Shown one piece after another: positions 37,577-47,792 of a stretch of DNA of 57,772 nucleotides. Both the position numbers and the translations under genes were made by a program. Position 1 is the first letter of the stretch. Each line of letters starts with the position of its first letter. Below the pieces are notes generated by a model. It made no database searches. It saw only the letters and a list, made by a program, of their open reading frames with translations, and was not told the origin of the DNA. The DNA is from Candidatus Magasanikiibacteriota bacterium (GTDB lineage Bacteria; Patescibacteriota; Patescibacteriia; Magasanikbacterales; GWA2-37-8), in NCBI GenBank assembly GCA_017991415.1, contig JAGOQR010000001.1, positions 1 to 57,772 on the forward strand. Direction: 5' to 3'.

Positions 37577-38611
37577 TTATTTAAATAAACATACCGAAAT
37601 AAGACCAGCGACCATATTTATTAAAATACTACCAACTATACCAAATAAAAACTTTGTAAATTTATTTTTATTGGCTTCATCTATTTCACACTGTTTGTTT
37701 TTATCACCATTAGTTATATTAAAGACTAAAAAATCCCCATACTCAGAAATTGCGTGATATGAAAAATGTGCAATAGCGCCAGATATTTTTACAAAACCAA
37801 AAAAACCAACGATACTTAAGAGCAACCAACACATGAACCAAAACATAATATCGACGTTTAGCACGTCACCTGTACTTTTTCTAAAACCATAAATAGCACC
37901 TAAAGATACCGCACTAATAAATATAGGTATAGAATAACTAATAAAGTTATAAAACCATTTTTTATGTTCTTGTATCCATTTTTTTATTCTACTCTCAACC
38001 GCAGCTATTTTTCTACTACTCACCCATCCATCCACTATATTTATGAGCTCATCACTAAGTAAATGATTTATAAAATCTACTTGGCACACTACCGGAGAGG
38101 ATTTTAACTCAAACGTGTCAGCTTCATTAATTTTTCCAGTTAGAAGCGCCGGTAAAATTGTAGCAAAATCAGTATTTGCTGAAATCCTGACTGTAAGTGT
38201 GTGTCTTTGAGGTTGAATATAGCTAGGTAACTTTACTAAAAAATCCCAAATCATTGTAATATTTTCAACAACTTCAGGTATACTCCAGTTACTCTCAAGA
38301 AACTCTCGCCATGCCCCAAACTGCTTCATTTTATTTTTATTAAATGAAATATTAATTGATGCAACACTTACTACAGTATTGTGGTTCTTTAATTTTTCTT
38401 GAATCAAATCATTCAAATCAATTATATCTTGGACATTAAGAAAAACTTTCCTTTTAAAAATCTTAATATTACTATCAAGCTTTCCATTAGTAAGGTAGAA
38501 AAATGATTTTAAATCTTCTGTTGTATATGCTAGATCAACTGCACTACCAGTACCACCTACATAGGTCTGTGGTAATTTAGAGCCATTATCTTCTTTAAGA
38601 TTTTTTGGCAT
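37577..38611 (-). CDS. hypothetical protein: ~215-aa soluble N-domain plus 3-4 C-terminal TM helices
   Basis: 344-aa ORF ending 4 nt upstream of the tkt start. No catalytic motif recognised. Confidence 0.5.
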   Translation of the reverse strand: MPKNLKEDNGSKLPQTYVGGTGSAVDLAYTTEDLKSFFYLTNGKLDSNIKIFKRKVFLNVQDIIDLNDLIQEKLKNHNTVVSVASINISFNKNKMKQFGAWREFLESNWSIPEVVENITMIWDFLVKLPSYIQPQRHTLTVRISANTDFATILPALLTGKINEADTFELKSSPVVCQVDFINHLLSDELINIVDGWVSSRKIAAVESRIKKWIQEHKKWFYNFISYSIPIFISAVSLGAIYGFRKSTGDVLNVDIMFWFMCWLLLSIVGFFGFVKISGAIAHFSYHAISEYGDFLVFNITNGDKNKQCEIDEANKNKFTKFLFGIVGSILINMVAGLISVCLFK

Positions 38612-38765
38612 ATTTTAGTAATTCTAATTAATAAATAAGCAAACTATAATACCCACCTAAACTATCGATTACATTGTACCGATTTTATAGCTTTTAAACA
38701 AGGTTTGCTTATTTTACAAGCCGTGCTATAGTATTTAACATAATTAATCCCTAAATTTAAATCGT

Positions 38766-39164
38766 ATGGATGAACAAAATCAAACAAACCCATCAGAAAA
38801 CACACCCGTAACGCCACCACCAGCCCCTAACACCAACCAACCACACACCCCACCTCCAACCACAGAACAAAAACACACTTCCCTTATGGCTGCTCTTGCC
38901 TATATTCTATTCTTTGTTCCGCTTCTTACTGACTATAAAGATGATCCGTTTGTTAAATTTCATGTAAAACAAGGCCTTGTTCTCTTTCTGGCCCTTCTGG
39001 CTTCTGCAGTAGTTATGAGATTGCCAATTCTTGGTTGGATACTCATGTTCCCTCTCAATGTTTTCTTACTTATAGTTTGGTTAATGGGAATTTATAATGC
39101 ACTCACCGGAAAACAAAAACACCTACCACTTATTGGTGAGTTTGGCGAAAGTTTCAAATTCTAA
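38766..39164 (+). CDS. small membrane protein (DUF4870-like) with a Pro/Thr-rich N-tail
   Basis: 132 aa with the pattern AALAYILFFVPLLTDYKDDPFVKFHVKQGLVLFL. Confidence 0.5.
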   Translation: MDEQNQTNPSENTPVTPPPAPNTNQPHTPPPTTEQKHTSLMAALAYILFFVPLLTDYKDDPFVKFHVKQGLVLFLALLASAVVMRLPILGWILMFPLNVFLLIVWLMGIYNALTGKQKHLPLIGEFGESFKF

Positions 39165-39188
39165 ATATCTCTCTAATAAATCATAACT

Positions 39189-39220
39189 AAAATACCCACC
39201 TCAATTGAGGCGGGTATTTT
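39189..39220. terminator. bidirectional terminator hairpin between convergent genes
   Basis: AAAATACCCACCTC, loop aatt, GAGGCGGGTATTTT, forming 14 bp with one mismatch and A/T tracts on both sides. Confidence 0.65.
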
Positions 39221-39242
39221 GATTTGTTATTAATTTACCTAC

Positions 39243-39647
39243 CTATTTATTTAAATCTTTTGCTTGCATTATAAAAGTAAAGACTAAGGCTTTAGCTACA
39301 GCCGGATTATTTTGTATTTTATTTTTATCAATAATAATTTCTCGCACCAGCTTAGTAAGCTCCTCATGACTAACCTGATCTCTAAAGTAACCTATTTGTT
39401 TTTCGTATACAGATCTGTCGTACACAGTAATTTCTGGTAATAAATCACCTGCTTTTTCAAGAAGTTCTACCAAACTCATCTGCCTCGCATTTTTTTCTTT
39501 ATCTCTTTTATTCCGAGCCACTTCTATAGCAGAGATACGAGCAGGTATTTTATCCGCAGAAAAATTTTGATTAGAAGGAGAAGGGGGTGCTTTAAACTCT
39601 AAAACTTTACCAAAACCATCTCCACCTCCACTTTCTTTTGTTGACAT
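39243..39647 (-). CDS. hypothetical protein
   Basis: 134-aa ORF starting 6 nt after the preceding ORF, in the LtaS-like operon. Confidence 0.45.
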   Translation of the reverse strand: MSTKESGGGDGFGKVLEFKAPPSPSNQNFSADKIPARISAIEVARNKRDKEKNARQMSLVELLEKAGDLLPEITVYDRSVYEKQIGYFRDQVSHEELTKLVREIIIDKNKIQNNPAVAKALVFTFIMQAKDLNK

Positions 39648-39653
39648 ATAGAA

Positions 39654-39902
39654 TTAATTAGGAATTTTATCTTGGGACCACTCTTCGAACGGAACTTCTG
39701 TACCATCGACAAGTTTTATCAAAACTTGTTTTTCTTTACCATCTCCACTTTGCAAAAAAACTATTTCTTCGCCCTCGTCTAGCACATAGGTAGAACCAGT
39801 TGGATCTGTAAAATCTATAACCCTTCCATACTTATCCCGTCTAAATGAAAAATTAAAATCTGTTGGCGGTACGTCGTGAATAAAAATACGTGGTTTTTCC
39901 AT
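39654..39902 (-). CDS. hypothetical small protein
   Basis: 82-aa ORF starting 21 nt downstream of the LtaS-like gene. Confidence 0.45.
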   Translation of the reverse strand: MEKPRIFIHDVPPTDFNFSFRRDKYGRVIDFTDPTGSTYVLDEGEEIVFLQSGDGKEKQVLIKLVDGTEVPFEEWSQDKIPN

Positions 39903-39923
39903 AATTAAAAATTACATAATAAT

Positions 39924-42224
39924 TTATTTTCCCCAAAATCTGCCTTGCTCAAAGAGCTGGCGTTTCCACCTATAAAACTCCAGGTACTCACATAAGGTGA
40001 GGGGTGAGCTCGCAGAAACAAGGCTAATTTGTTCGCCACACTTTAAATCGCTTGGTATTTCATAGCGAATATCTCGCGCACCTTTTGTATCTTGGTTTAT
40101 ATATAAGCCATATTCATGCATCCCCAAAACATTAGGATATTTATTTTTATCATCAAACAAAGAATGCCCTTCAAAACCATTCGGCACATTTATATTGAGT
40201 ATTTGTAACAAGGTAGGAACAACATCGATACTCGATGAATATAGATTAATTTCTTTTGGCAAGACTTCTGGTTCAGCCTTAGAAAGAGCGCTGGTCAACA
40301 CCCCAGGCAAATACATCATAAACATATTTTCATCATAAAAACTAAGGCCTTGGCCAGCACCTGAGACTATCTTTTTTACCTCTGCCCCTGGAAAAGCACT
40401 ATGATCAGCAACAGCAATTACAACGGTGTTGTTGTAGTAGGGACTTTGTGTGAAATCTTGCCAAAATTGAGCAAACGCATCGTCGGCAGTATGGTATGAA
40501 TTTAATACATTATTTTTACCATCTTCATAATTTACCATATCTTTTGCGAGATCAAATGGCGGGTGCGTATCTACTGTAGAAAGCATCATGACAAACGGTT
40601 CCTGGCTCTGGGTACCAACGAGTTTCCACATAGCTGGGAAAAGTTGGTGATCGGAGTAGCCCCAAGACAATGGCTCGCCATTAATTATGTTTTTTAGTTC
40701 ATCTTGGCCATAAATATGGTCTGTATCCATGCTTGTAAAAATAGCATTTTTATTTTCAAATTCTTTTTTTACTGCAGTAATATAGGTCGTTGATTTGTAA
40801 CCATTGTTTTTTAAAACAGTGGGTAGACACAAAAGTCGGAGGCGTTGTAAATTTTTATCTACTTCTATTTCGGTGTAACCAATTGGTGGTAAAAATGAAC
40901 AAAGTTGGGCGATAATACCATTGATAGTAGGTGTGGAGGCATTATAGTAATTTTTAAATACAATCGTGCTCGTATCGGCAGCCATACGCTCTAATCCTGG
41001 TGTTAGGTTTGGAAAATTTTTATTGTAGACACTCGTAAGATTGCTCGAAAATGATTCAAAAAAAATTATAATAATGTTAGGTTTGTTTGCTGCAAACTTG
41101 CCTGATAAAAATGGTGTGCCCGAAGAAAAAACAGCATCTTTGTGCGCTAAATAAAATTCATCAGTATTATAAAACAAACCAAACTTTTCTAATTTTTCCT
41201 GAATAACAGGGTTTAAATCCACCTGCTCTTCTTTGCCTAAAAAGAATTGATAAAAATTCCGCGCAATTGTATATTCTGGTGTATTTTGAAAAGAACTCAG
41301 CCCAAACAAAGATCCAAGTGATACCGCAATAAGCGCCAAGCTGTAATATGTCCATTGCCTTGAAGCAGCTGTATGAAAACTACGTATCACTTGGCGGTAA
41401 ACCAGACCAAACAGTACCAAAACAACCAGGCCGCCAAATATAACAAGACTACTAAATGAATTAAACGAAACCTGAGCTGAGTCTTGAGCAACAAGCAACA
41501 TGAGCGGGCTCAAATACAAACCAGAAAAATACATAATTGCAATATTGGCCACCCATAAAAAAACAAGAGCAATAAATAACGCACCCCATAGTCCAAGTGC
41601 CACATACCGCCATTTGGATTTTATCTTAAAAAAAATAAGCGTAGCAATAACAAAACCAAGTACAAAAAACATAGTCATGGCCCAGGCGCGAAACAAGACA
41701 ATATTATGGAACTTAATATAAGAATCAAAGTTAACCATTCGAAATGCTGCATATTGCACAACCGAGAACAAACTAAAGAGGAAAAATATTATAATAAAAA
41801 TATTTTTATTTACTATTTTCCAGTACTGAGCGTTGGGGTGGTGCGACAAGTAGTCTTGTGTTTTATAAAAAAACAAGCCCATCAAACAAAAAAACAAGCC
41901 AACGCTCGCCAGTTGATTACGGCTAAAAAAAACTAGGAAAAAAAGAGAAAAAAAGAGAAATAACTTATCTAAGAAGTTGCCAAAATCTTTTTGCCAAAAA
42001 ACATGACGGTTAAACTTGGCTGTAAAAAAATGATATACCCATTTAAAAATAAAATACCCAACAAACACGGCTACCCAGGTAAGTAAGGCAAGTAGAACAA
42101 AGCGACCGTGCGGTCGGTATGGTGTATGGTACCAATTCCAACCAGCTGACATAATAAACGAACCCACAAGGGCCCGTATTATTCCTAGCTTAGATTTTAG
42201 TTTTATAAATATCGTAGCAAGCAC
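39924..42224 (-). CDS. LtaS-like polytopic sulfatase-fold (alkaline phosphatase superfamily) transferase
   Basis: 766 aa with about 10 N-terminal TM helices and an extracytoplasmic sulfatase-type domain (PNIIIIFFESFSS, VADHSAF). Confidence 0.7.
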   Translation of the reverse strand: MLATIFIKLKSKLGIIRALVGSFIMSAGWNWYHTPYRPHGRFVLLALLTWVAVFVGYFIFKWVYHFFTAKFNRHVFWQKDFGNFLDKLFLFFSLFFLVFFSRNQLASVGLFFCLMGLFFYKTQDYLSHHPNAQYWKIVNKNIFIIIFFLFSLFSVVQYAAFRMVNFDSYIKFHNIVLFRAWAMTMFFVLGFVIATLIFFKIKSKWRYVALGLWGALFIALVFLWVANIAIMYFSGLYLSPLMLLVAQDSAQVSFNSFSSLVIFGGLVVLVLFGLVYRQVIRSFHTAASRQWTYYSLALIAVSLGSLFGLSSFQNTPEYTIARNFYQFFLGKEEQVDLNPVIQEKLEKFGLFYNTDEFYLAHKDAVFSSGTPFLSGKFAANKPNIIIIFFESFSSNLTSVYNKNFPNLTPGLERMAADTSTIVFKNYYNASTPTINGIIAQLCSFLPPIGYTEIEVDKNLQRLRLLCLPTVLKNNGYKSTTYITAVKKEFENKNAIFTSMDTDHIYGQDELKNIINGEPLSWGYSDHQLFPAMWKLVGTQSQEPFVMMLSTVDTHPPFDLAKDMVNYEDGKNNVLNSYHTADDAFAQFWQDFTQSPYYNNTVVIAVADHSAFPGAEVKKIVSGAGQGLSFYDENMFMMYLPGVLTSALSKAEPEVLPKEINLYSSSIDVVPTLLQILNINVPNGFEGHSLFDDKNKYPNVLGMHEYGLYINQDTKGARDIRYEIPSDLKCGEQISLVSASSPLTLCEYLEFYRWKRQLFEQGRFWGK

Positions 42225-42241
42225 ATTTTTTGACTAACCTG

Positions 42242-42487
42242 TTAAAACTGATAAAACGGCACGCATTGATGCTCTAGCTTTGCAGCACACGCTGACCCTT
42301 TTTTACACGGAGCAGTTCTTGTTCGACAAAAGCCAGCTTCTTTTTCATTTTTTTCGATTAGACAGCCGCGAAACGAAGTATGCTGATTACATTTTTGAGA
42401 TAATGACGTATTAACGAAATAAAAAATTATTAACGCCAAAACGCCTAGAGTGGAGAAAAATATATAATACTTATTTTTTCGAGACAC
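42242..42487 (-). CDS. small signal-anchored Cys-containing protein
   Basis: 81 aa with an N-terminal TM helix and 6 Cys in the exported part. Confidence 0.4.
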   Translation of the reverse strand: MSRKNKYYIFFSTLGVLALIIFYFVNTSLSQKCNQHTSFRGCLIEKNEKEAGFCRTRTAPCKKGSACAAKLEHQCVPFYQF

Positions 42488-42492
42488 AAAAA

Positions 42493-42852
42493 CTATAATT
42501 CAACTTGGTATTCTTTATTCTTTCTGCCTACTTTTTTGTCTTTCTCACTTACCCGTTGTTTACGTTTATATTTTTTTAATTCAGATTCGAGCAGGTCTCG
42601 CACCTGGTCGATAGCTTTGTATAGATTTTCTTCTTGTTTAACAGCAAAAAGGTTTTGTCCTGGCACATCGAGCTTATACTCGGCCATAAACATATCCCCC
42701 TTACGGTGGTGTGCGTTATTTATTCCAACCACTATCTCTGCTCTAATAATTCTATTGTTATAAAATTTATTGAGCGCCTCTGCTTTTTTGGTAGCGTACT
42801 CTTTTATAGCCTCGGTAAGTTCCATGCCTTTGCCAGTAATTTGTACTTTCAT
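42493..42852 (-). CDS. hpf: ribosome hibernation promoting factor (HPF/RaiA family)
   Basis: 119 aa beginning MKVQITGKGMELTEAIKEYATKKAEAL. Confidence 0.85.
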   Translation of the reverse strand: MKVQITGKGMELTEAIKEYATKKAEALNKFYNNRIIRAEIVVGINNAHHRKGDMFMAEYKLDVPGQNLFAVKQEENLYKAIDQVRDLLESELKKYKRKQRVSEKDKKVGRKNKEYQVEL

Positions 42853-42896
42853 AGGGTAAAAATTAAATTTATTTTAAAATTGTGTACGATTAATTA

Positions 42897-43844
42897 CTAC
42901 TTAACAATATGCACCTCTGGCTCAAGCTCCACGCCAAATTTATTATATACCCTCGTTTTTATTTCTTCAACCAGGGCCAAAACATCTGCTTGGGTGGCCT
43001 TGTCGTAATTAATAACATAATTTCCATGTTCTTCTGCTATTTTTGCACCGCCTATAGACAAGCCCCGCAAACCGAGTGTTTCCGTTATCCAGCCAACAGG
43101 CACAGTACCCCGTTGCAAAAATAATTCTGGCAATTCTTTTGTATCACCAGTCCATTTATGCATTTTAATATTTTTAAAAAAGCTGCCAGCCGACGGATAT
43201 GGCGTATGCTTGCGCTGTTTGAGATTAGCTTGCATTTTTTCCATTATTTCTTGCCTATCCCCTGGCTCTAAATAAACACAACCACGCAAAATAACGTCTT
43301 TATTATGCTTAAAATTACTATTACGATACGAAAAACCGCATTCTTCGGGCTTTAATCGAACTACCTCGCCATTTCGCCATACATCTACCCACCGAAGCAC
43401 ACTAACAATTTCTTTTCCCATAGCACCTGCATTGCCTCGTATTGCCCCACCAAATGTTCCTGGTATACCAATCGCCCAACTCATACCAGCCAAACTATTT
43501 TTGGCGGCCACATTCACCACAGCACCCAACATCACACCGGCATCTACCTCAATTTCAAAGCCTGACCCCTGTGGAATAAGTTTAGGCTGTTGATTGGTCG
43601 AAATTTTAATAACAAGACCATCAAAGCCATTATCATTCATGAGAAGGTTTGAGCCGCCAGCAACAATAAAATACTCCACTCCCTGCCCTTCTAAATAATT
43701 GAGAAGCTGGACGAGATTTTCTGTTTTATTAATTGTAATAAAAAGTTTCGCTGGACCACCGATCTTAAAGGTAACGTGTTTAGCTAAAGATTCATTGATT
43801 TTTACATCACCAAACTCTTTGAGCTTACTATAAAGTTCTTCCAT
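42897..43844 (-). CDS. murB: UDP-N-acetylenolpyruvoylglucosamine reductase
   Basis: 315 aa with an FAD-binding domain (TFKIGGPAKLF, AGGSNLL) and the C-terminal MurB domain. Confidence 0.9.
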   Translation of the reverse strand: MEELYSKLKEFGDVKINESLAKHVTFKIGGPAKLFITINKTENLVQLLNYLEGQGVEYFIVAGGSNLLMNDNGFDGLVIKISTNQQPKLIPQGSGFEIEVDAGVMLGAVVNVAAKNSLAGMSWAIGIPGTFGGAIRGNAGAMGKEIVSVLRWVDVWRNGEVVRLKPEECGFSYRNSNFKHNKDVILRGCVYLEPGDRQEIMEKMQANLKQRKHTPYPSAGSFFKNIKMHKWTGDTKELPELFLQRGTVPVGWITETLGLRGLSIGGAKIAEEHGNYVINYDKATQADVLALVEEIKTRVYNKFGVELEPEVHIVK

Positions 43845-43950
43845 ATTAATGCTTGCTTTATCCCTATTTTTAGGCTATAATTATGAACAATAATCCAATA
43901 GAAAAATCTGTAAAAGACGGGGTGAATATAGGTTAGTATATAGCAAATCT

Positions 43951-45210
43951 ATGCCAAGTTCAACTAATCTACGGAGCCGAATTGCCAAACGACTAGTCAA
44001 TAGGCGTTTATTTTATGTTTGTCGTGATATCGAACGTGCAACTGGTGATGCACTAACCCTTAACAACTACTTTATTATTACGAACAAAACTAGTTTTTCC
44101 CAAAAAATTGCTCGTAACCACTCTAATATTATTCTAATCAGTAATAAAAATCAACTCGATACTACAGAGCTATTACAACATGAAGAATTAAAAAAAATAA
44201 TACAGCCAAAAGATTATATTGTTGTTTTTAAAAATAATACAATTATCGAAAGTATTTGCCGAAAAAATAAATGGCATCTTTTAAACCCTCGTGCTGAATT
44301 GGCCGATACCATCGAAAGCAAGGTGTCGCAAATTACATGGCTCGGCACATTAGCAAAATATTTGCCCCGACACACCATAGAAACTTGTCAAAATATTGTA
44401 TGGAAAAATAAAAAATTTATTTTACAATTCAATCATTCTCATACTGGTCAGGGCACTTTTTTAATAGATACAAAAAATAAACTTGTTGATTTGCAAAAAA
44501 AATTTCCTAAACGCCTTGTGCGCACCATGGACTATATTAATGGCCCTGTTTTTACCAACAATAATATTGTGTGGGACAACCAAATTTTGATCGGTAATAT
44601 AAACTATCAAATTACTGGGCTCGCTCCTTTTACTGATAATACATTTACCACTATTGGTAATGATTGGTCTTTAGCAAAAAAAATTCTAAGTACACAACAA
44701 ATTAAAGAATATAAAAAAATAGTACGTGAAATTGGAAAAAAACTAAGAAAAAGTGGCTGGAATGGATTATTTGGCACAGATATTATCATGGACCAAAAAA
44801 CCAAAAAACTATACTTACTCGAAATAAACGCTCGCCAGCCAGCTTCTACGACTTTCGAATCACAACTACAAAAGCTTGCTTTAGCAAAAAAAACAGAGGG
44901 CACGCGCCATAATAGCGATACACTAGCCACAACTTTTATGGCTCATTTGGCAGCATTACTAAGCATTGCACCAAAAAAAGATACATTAATTACTGTTGAT
45001 ACAGGCGCTCAAGTCATACAAAGAATTACAAGCACAGTATCACAGATAAAAAAATTACAGGTGTCGAGCCCTGCTATATTGCAAATTATAGAATATAAAA
45101 ATAAAACTATAGGTTCAGATTTGGTTCGCATCCAATCGAGCCAAGGCATAATGGAAAAACATAACTCTTTTAATAAAATTGGAAAAGCTATTCGCGCGTC
45201 TATATGCTAA
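43951..45210 (+). CDS. ATP-grasp fold ligase (substrate unknown)
   Basis: 419 aa with LLEINARQPAST (an EINxR-type motif) and a glycine-rich segment HSHTGQGTFLI. The exact start is uncertain. Confidence 0.55.
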   Translation: MPSSTNLRSRIAKRLVNRRLFYVCRDIERATGDALTLNNYFIITNKTSFSQKIARNHSNIILISNKNQLDTTELLQHEELKKIIQPKDYIVVFKNNTIIESICRKNKWHLLNPRAELADTIESKVSQITWLGTLAKYLPRHTIETCQNIVWKNKKFILQFNHSHTGQGTFLIDTKNKLVDLQKKFPKRLVRTMDYINGPVFTNNNIVWDNQILIGNINYQITGLAPFTDNTFTTIGNDWSLAKKILSTQQIKEYKKIVREIGKKLRKSGWNGLFGTDIIMDQKTKKLYLLEINARQPASTTFESQLQKLALAKKTEGTRHNSDTLATTFMAHLAALLSIAPKKDTLITVDTGAQVIQRITSTVSQIKKLQVSSPAILQIIEYKNKTIGSDLVRIQSSQGIMEKHNSFNKIGKAIRASIC

Positions 45211-45980
45211 AAACAACAACCCTATCTTCTGCTGCAGAAAAAGTTATTCAAAGCTACCTTAATTTGCCATTCCCCGAAAAAACCGACGTACGATGCCCTT
45301 ATTTTAATAATGCAAAACGAGGTCAGCGAGGCCAGCTCAAAGCACTCATTGGCAAAGGGACCCCACAAGAAATTGTAGAAGAGGCAAAAATTATAGCGAT
45401 ACAGTACAAACAAGATATTCTTCACACAACTAGCTCACCCGAAGATATTCGTAAATTTTTAATTGAAAATAATTTGGGAGTAGACTGTTCTGGTTTTATT
45501 ACCAATGTTTTGCAAGCAGAATTTTTAACAAAAAATATAGATTGGATTAAACATGTTTTTATCGTTCCAAAAACAAATATAATTCGCTGGCTTATTAGCA
45601 AGCTTCGACCTGCAGAACAAATAAGCGTTAGCGTGCTCGCAAACGAAAAAAATACAGAGACTATCGCAGATCTTTCTGCTATACAAGCAGGAGACCTCAT
45701 TTTCATGCTTAAAACTGGTCCAAAACAAGCACGAGACCATATATTACTCGTCACCAAAACAACAAACAACACTATCTATTATACTCACGCTCGTGCCTGG
45801 TCCAGCGAGGGCCGATACGGACACGGTGTTTCAATAGGGACAATTACTATCGCCGAACCACATTCGGTTTTACTTGATGGAATTTGGGAAGAAAAAAATA
45901 ATAAAAACGAGAATAACGAAACATTTTTAGAAGCCAAACAGGCGCTAATTTTAACTGTTAAACGCGTTAAGCATAACTAG
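45204..45980 (+). CDS. cytoplasmic NlpC/P60-like cysteine peptidase/amidase-fold protein
   Basis: 258 aa with no signal peptide. It has a Cys motif GVDCSGF, a His region AGDLIFM...DHILLV and a third-residue region YYTHA. It overlaps the ATP-grasp gene by 7 nt. Confidence 0.5.
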   Translation: MLKTTTLSSAAEKVIQSYLNLPFPEKTDVRCPYFNNAKRGQRGQLKALIGKGTPQEIVEEAKIIAIQYKQDILHTTSSPEDIRKFLIENNLGVDCSGFITNVLQAEFLTKNIDWIKHVFIVPKTNIIRWLISKLRPAEQISVSVLANEKNTETIADLSAIQAGDLIFMLKTGPKQARDHILLVTKTTNNTIYYTHARAWSSEGRYGHGVSIGTITIAEPHSVLLDGIWEEKNNKNENNETFLEAKQALILTVKRVKHN

Positions 45981-45987
45981 CAGCATT

Positions 45988-47103
45988 ATGAGCATAGATA
46001 TTATTCGTCACGCCCTCACCTATATATTATTTTCAGGCATTGGCGCTTTTGTCTGGGCACCGCTGCTCACAAAATTTTTGTATAAATACCAAATAACCCG
46101 ACGCGGAGAATTTGATTTTACCCTCAAAGGTGCTCGTAATCAAAAAGTCGGCACACCTATTATGGGAGGACTTCTTGTTGTTATAACGGTTGTGGTAGTA
46201 ACCATTATTTTTAATTGGAATAGAGAAAATACATACGTCCCAATTGGAGTGATGGCCATCGCATCGCTTCTTGGAGCAGCTGATGATTTATTAAACATTT
46301 TTGGTAAAAAAAGACGAGAGCGTAAAATTTCTCATATTACCAACCTCATTCGGGTACATAAAAAAATCCACATGAAACTCTGGTATATTTTTATTTTACC
46401 CTGGGAAGTGTTTAGAAAAACCACTTCAATTTTTGGCTCACACCCAGGTAAAGGCATCCAGGTCCACGAAAAACTGCTCTTTCAATTTTTAGCTGGTGCA
46501 GTAACTGCCTGGTGGATCTATTACAAGCTCGGCATACAGTGGCATTCTTTATGGATTCCTTTTGACGGCTCTCCCTATATCGGGTGGTGGATAATTCCCA
46601 TTGTTATTTTTTTCGTAATGTTTACAGCCAATGCCGTAAACTTTGCCGATGGCTTAGATGGCCTTGTGGGCGGCTCACTGATCATTACGTTTTTGGGTCT
46701 CATGATTATTAGCTGGACAGAAGGACGTGTTTCTTTTACCTATCTTAATGCCACTGTTGTGGGCGCTCTTATTGCCTATACTTATTTCAATGTTAAACCC
46801 GCCCGGTTCCAAATGGGAGACGTGGGCTCGCTCGGACTCGGGGCACTGCTTGCTATAAACGCCATAGCCATCAATCGCACCGTTTTAATCCCCTTTTTAG
46901 GTTTTATTTTTTATATAGAAATAATTTCGGTAATTATCCAGGTTTTTTGTCGCCGACTTTTGGGACGAAGATTTTTTAAAATGGCACCACTACACCATCA
47001 TTTTGAATTCAAAAATTGGAGTGAAGAAAAAATCGTTATGCGTTTTTGGCTTGTCCACGGATTCTTTGTTATTCTGGCAGTTTGGATGAGTTTATATAAA
47101 TAG
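45988..47103 (+). CDS. mraY: phospho-N-acetylmuramoyl-pentapeptide transferase
   Basis: 371 aa, polytopic, with NAVNFADGLDGL and PLHHHFE motifs. Confidence 0.9.
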   Translation: MSIDIIRHALTYILFSGIGAFVWAPLLTKFLYKYQITRRGEFDFTLKGARNQKVGTPIMGGLLVVITVVVVTIIFNWNRENTYVPIGVMAIASLLGAADDLLNIFGKKRRERKISHITNLIRVHKKIHMKLWYIFILPWEVFRKTTSIFGSHPGKGIQVHEKLLFQFLAGAVTAWWIYYKLGIQWHSLWIPFDGSPYIGWWIIPIVIFFVMFTANAVNFADGLDGLVGGSLIITFLGLMIISWTEGRVSFTYLNATVVGALIAYTYFNVKPARFQMGDVGSLGLGALLAINAIAINRTVLIPFLGFIFYIEIISVIIQVFCRRLLGRRFFKMAPLHHHFEFKNWSEEKIVMRFWLVHGFFVILAVWMSLYK

Positions 47104-47126
47104 ATAATTTACGTAACAGGCATACC

Positions 47127-47783
47127 ATGTATTTATCTTGGAACGAAAAAACTACAACTGATTTTTCGGACAAAACTATCGAAGCACTTTACAATGATGG
47201 CTATGTTTTTACTCGCCTTGGTCGAGGTATCCTCAACCAAACACGCAGTCTCCGTATCAACCTAGAAACATTCCAACTATCTTCGGAAAATAAACGTATT
47301 TTAAAAAAAACAGAAAATCTAATTTGCACGGACTCTCCCATCCCCTACGAACAATACACATGGAATATTCATAAAATGGGCAAAGAGTTTTATGAACAAA
47401 AATTTGGTGAAAAAACATTTGGCGCCCAAAAGATAAAAGAGCTTATTACTAATTCAGAGAAAAGTAATTTTAATAAACTATTTACGTACTCTTTAAACGC
47501 GGAAATTGTAGGCTACTGTATTAGCCTCGAAACAAAAAATATCATACACTACTGCTACCCGTTCTACGACCTAAACATAGATTATCCCAATTTAGGAATG
47601 GGCATGATGCTCCAAGCAATTGTGCGGGCTAAAAAAGAAAATAAAAAATATATCTACCTTGGTTCTGCTCAGCGTCCTACTGATACGTACAAACTACAGT
47701 TTAACGGCCTGGAATGGTTTGATGGCAAGGCATGGCAAGCAAATACCAATGAACTTAAGCAGCTTTTACAAAATCACTCTTAA
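47127..47783 (+). CDS. ATE/Bpt-like (aminoacyl-tRNA-protein transferase C-domain, GNAT/Fem-like fold) protein
   Basis: 218 aa. The C-terminal half (HYCYPFYD...NLGMGMMLQAIVRAKKENKKYIYLGSAQ...YKLQFNGLEWF) fits the ATE_C/Bpt pattern as I recall it. The Cys-rich ATE_N domain is absent. Confidence 0.45.
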   Translation: MYLSWNEKTTTDFSDKTIEALYNDGYVFTRLGRGILNQTRSLRINLETFQLSSENKRILKKTENLICTDSPIPYEQYTWNIHKMGKEFYEQKFGEKTFGAQKIKELITNSEKSNFNKLFTYSLNAEIVGYCISLETKNIIHYCYPFYDLNIDYPNLGMGMMLQAIVRAKKENKKYIYLGSAQRPTDTYKLQFNGLEWFDGKAWQANTNELKQLLQNHS

Positions 47784-47792
47784 ACAACTAAT

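Noticed and set aside
38648-39201. An 11-nt direct repeat AATACCCACCT (38648-38658 and 39191-39201) flanking the 38766-39164 gene, read as a possible target-site duplication.
   Set aside because: The first copy overlaps a TATAAT-like -10 element and the second is one arm of a terminator hairpin. No other mobile-element hallmarks are present. Coincidence or functional convergence is more likely.
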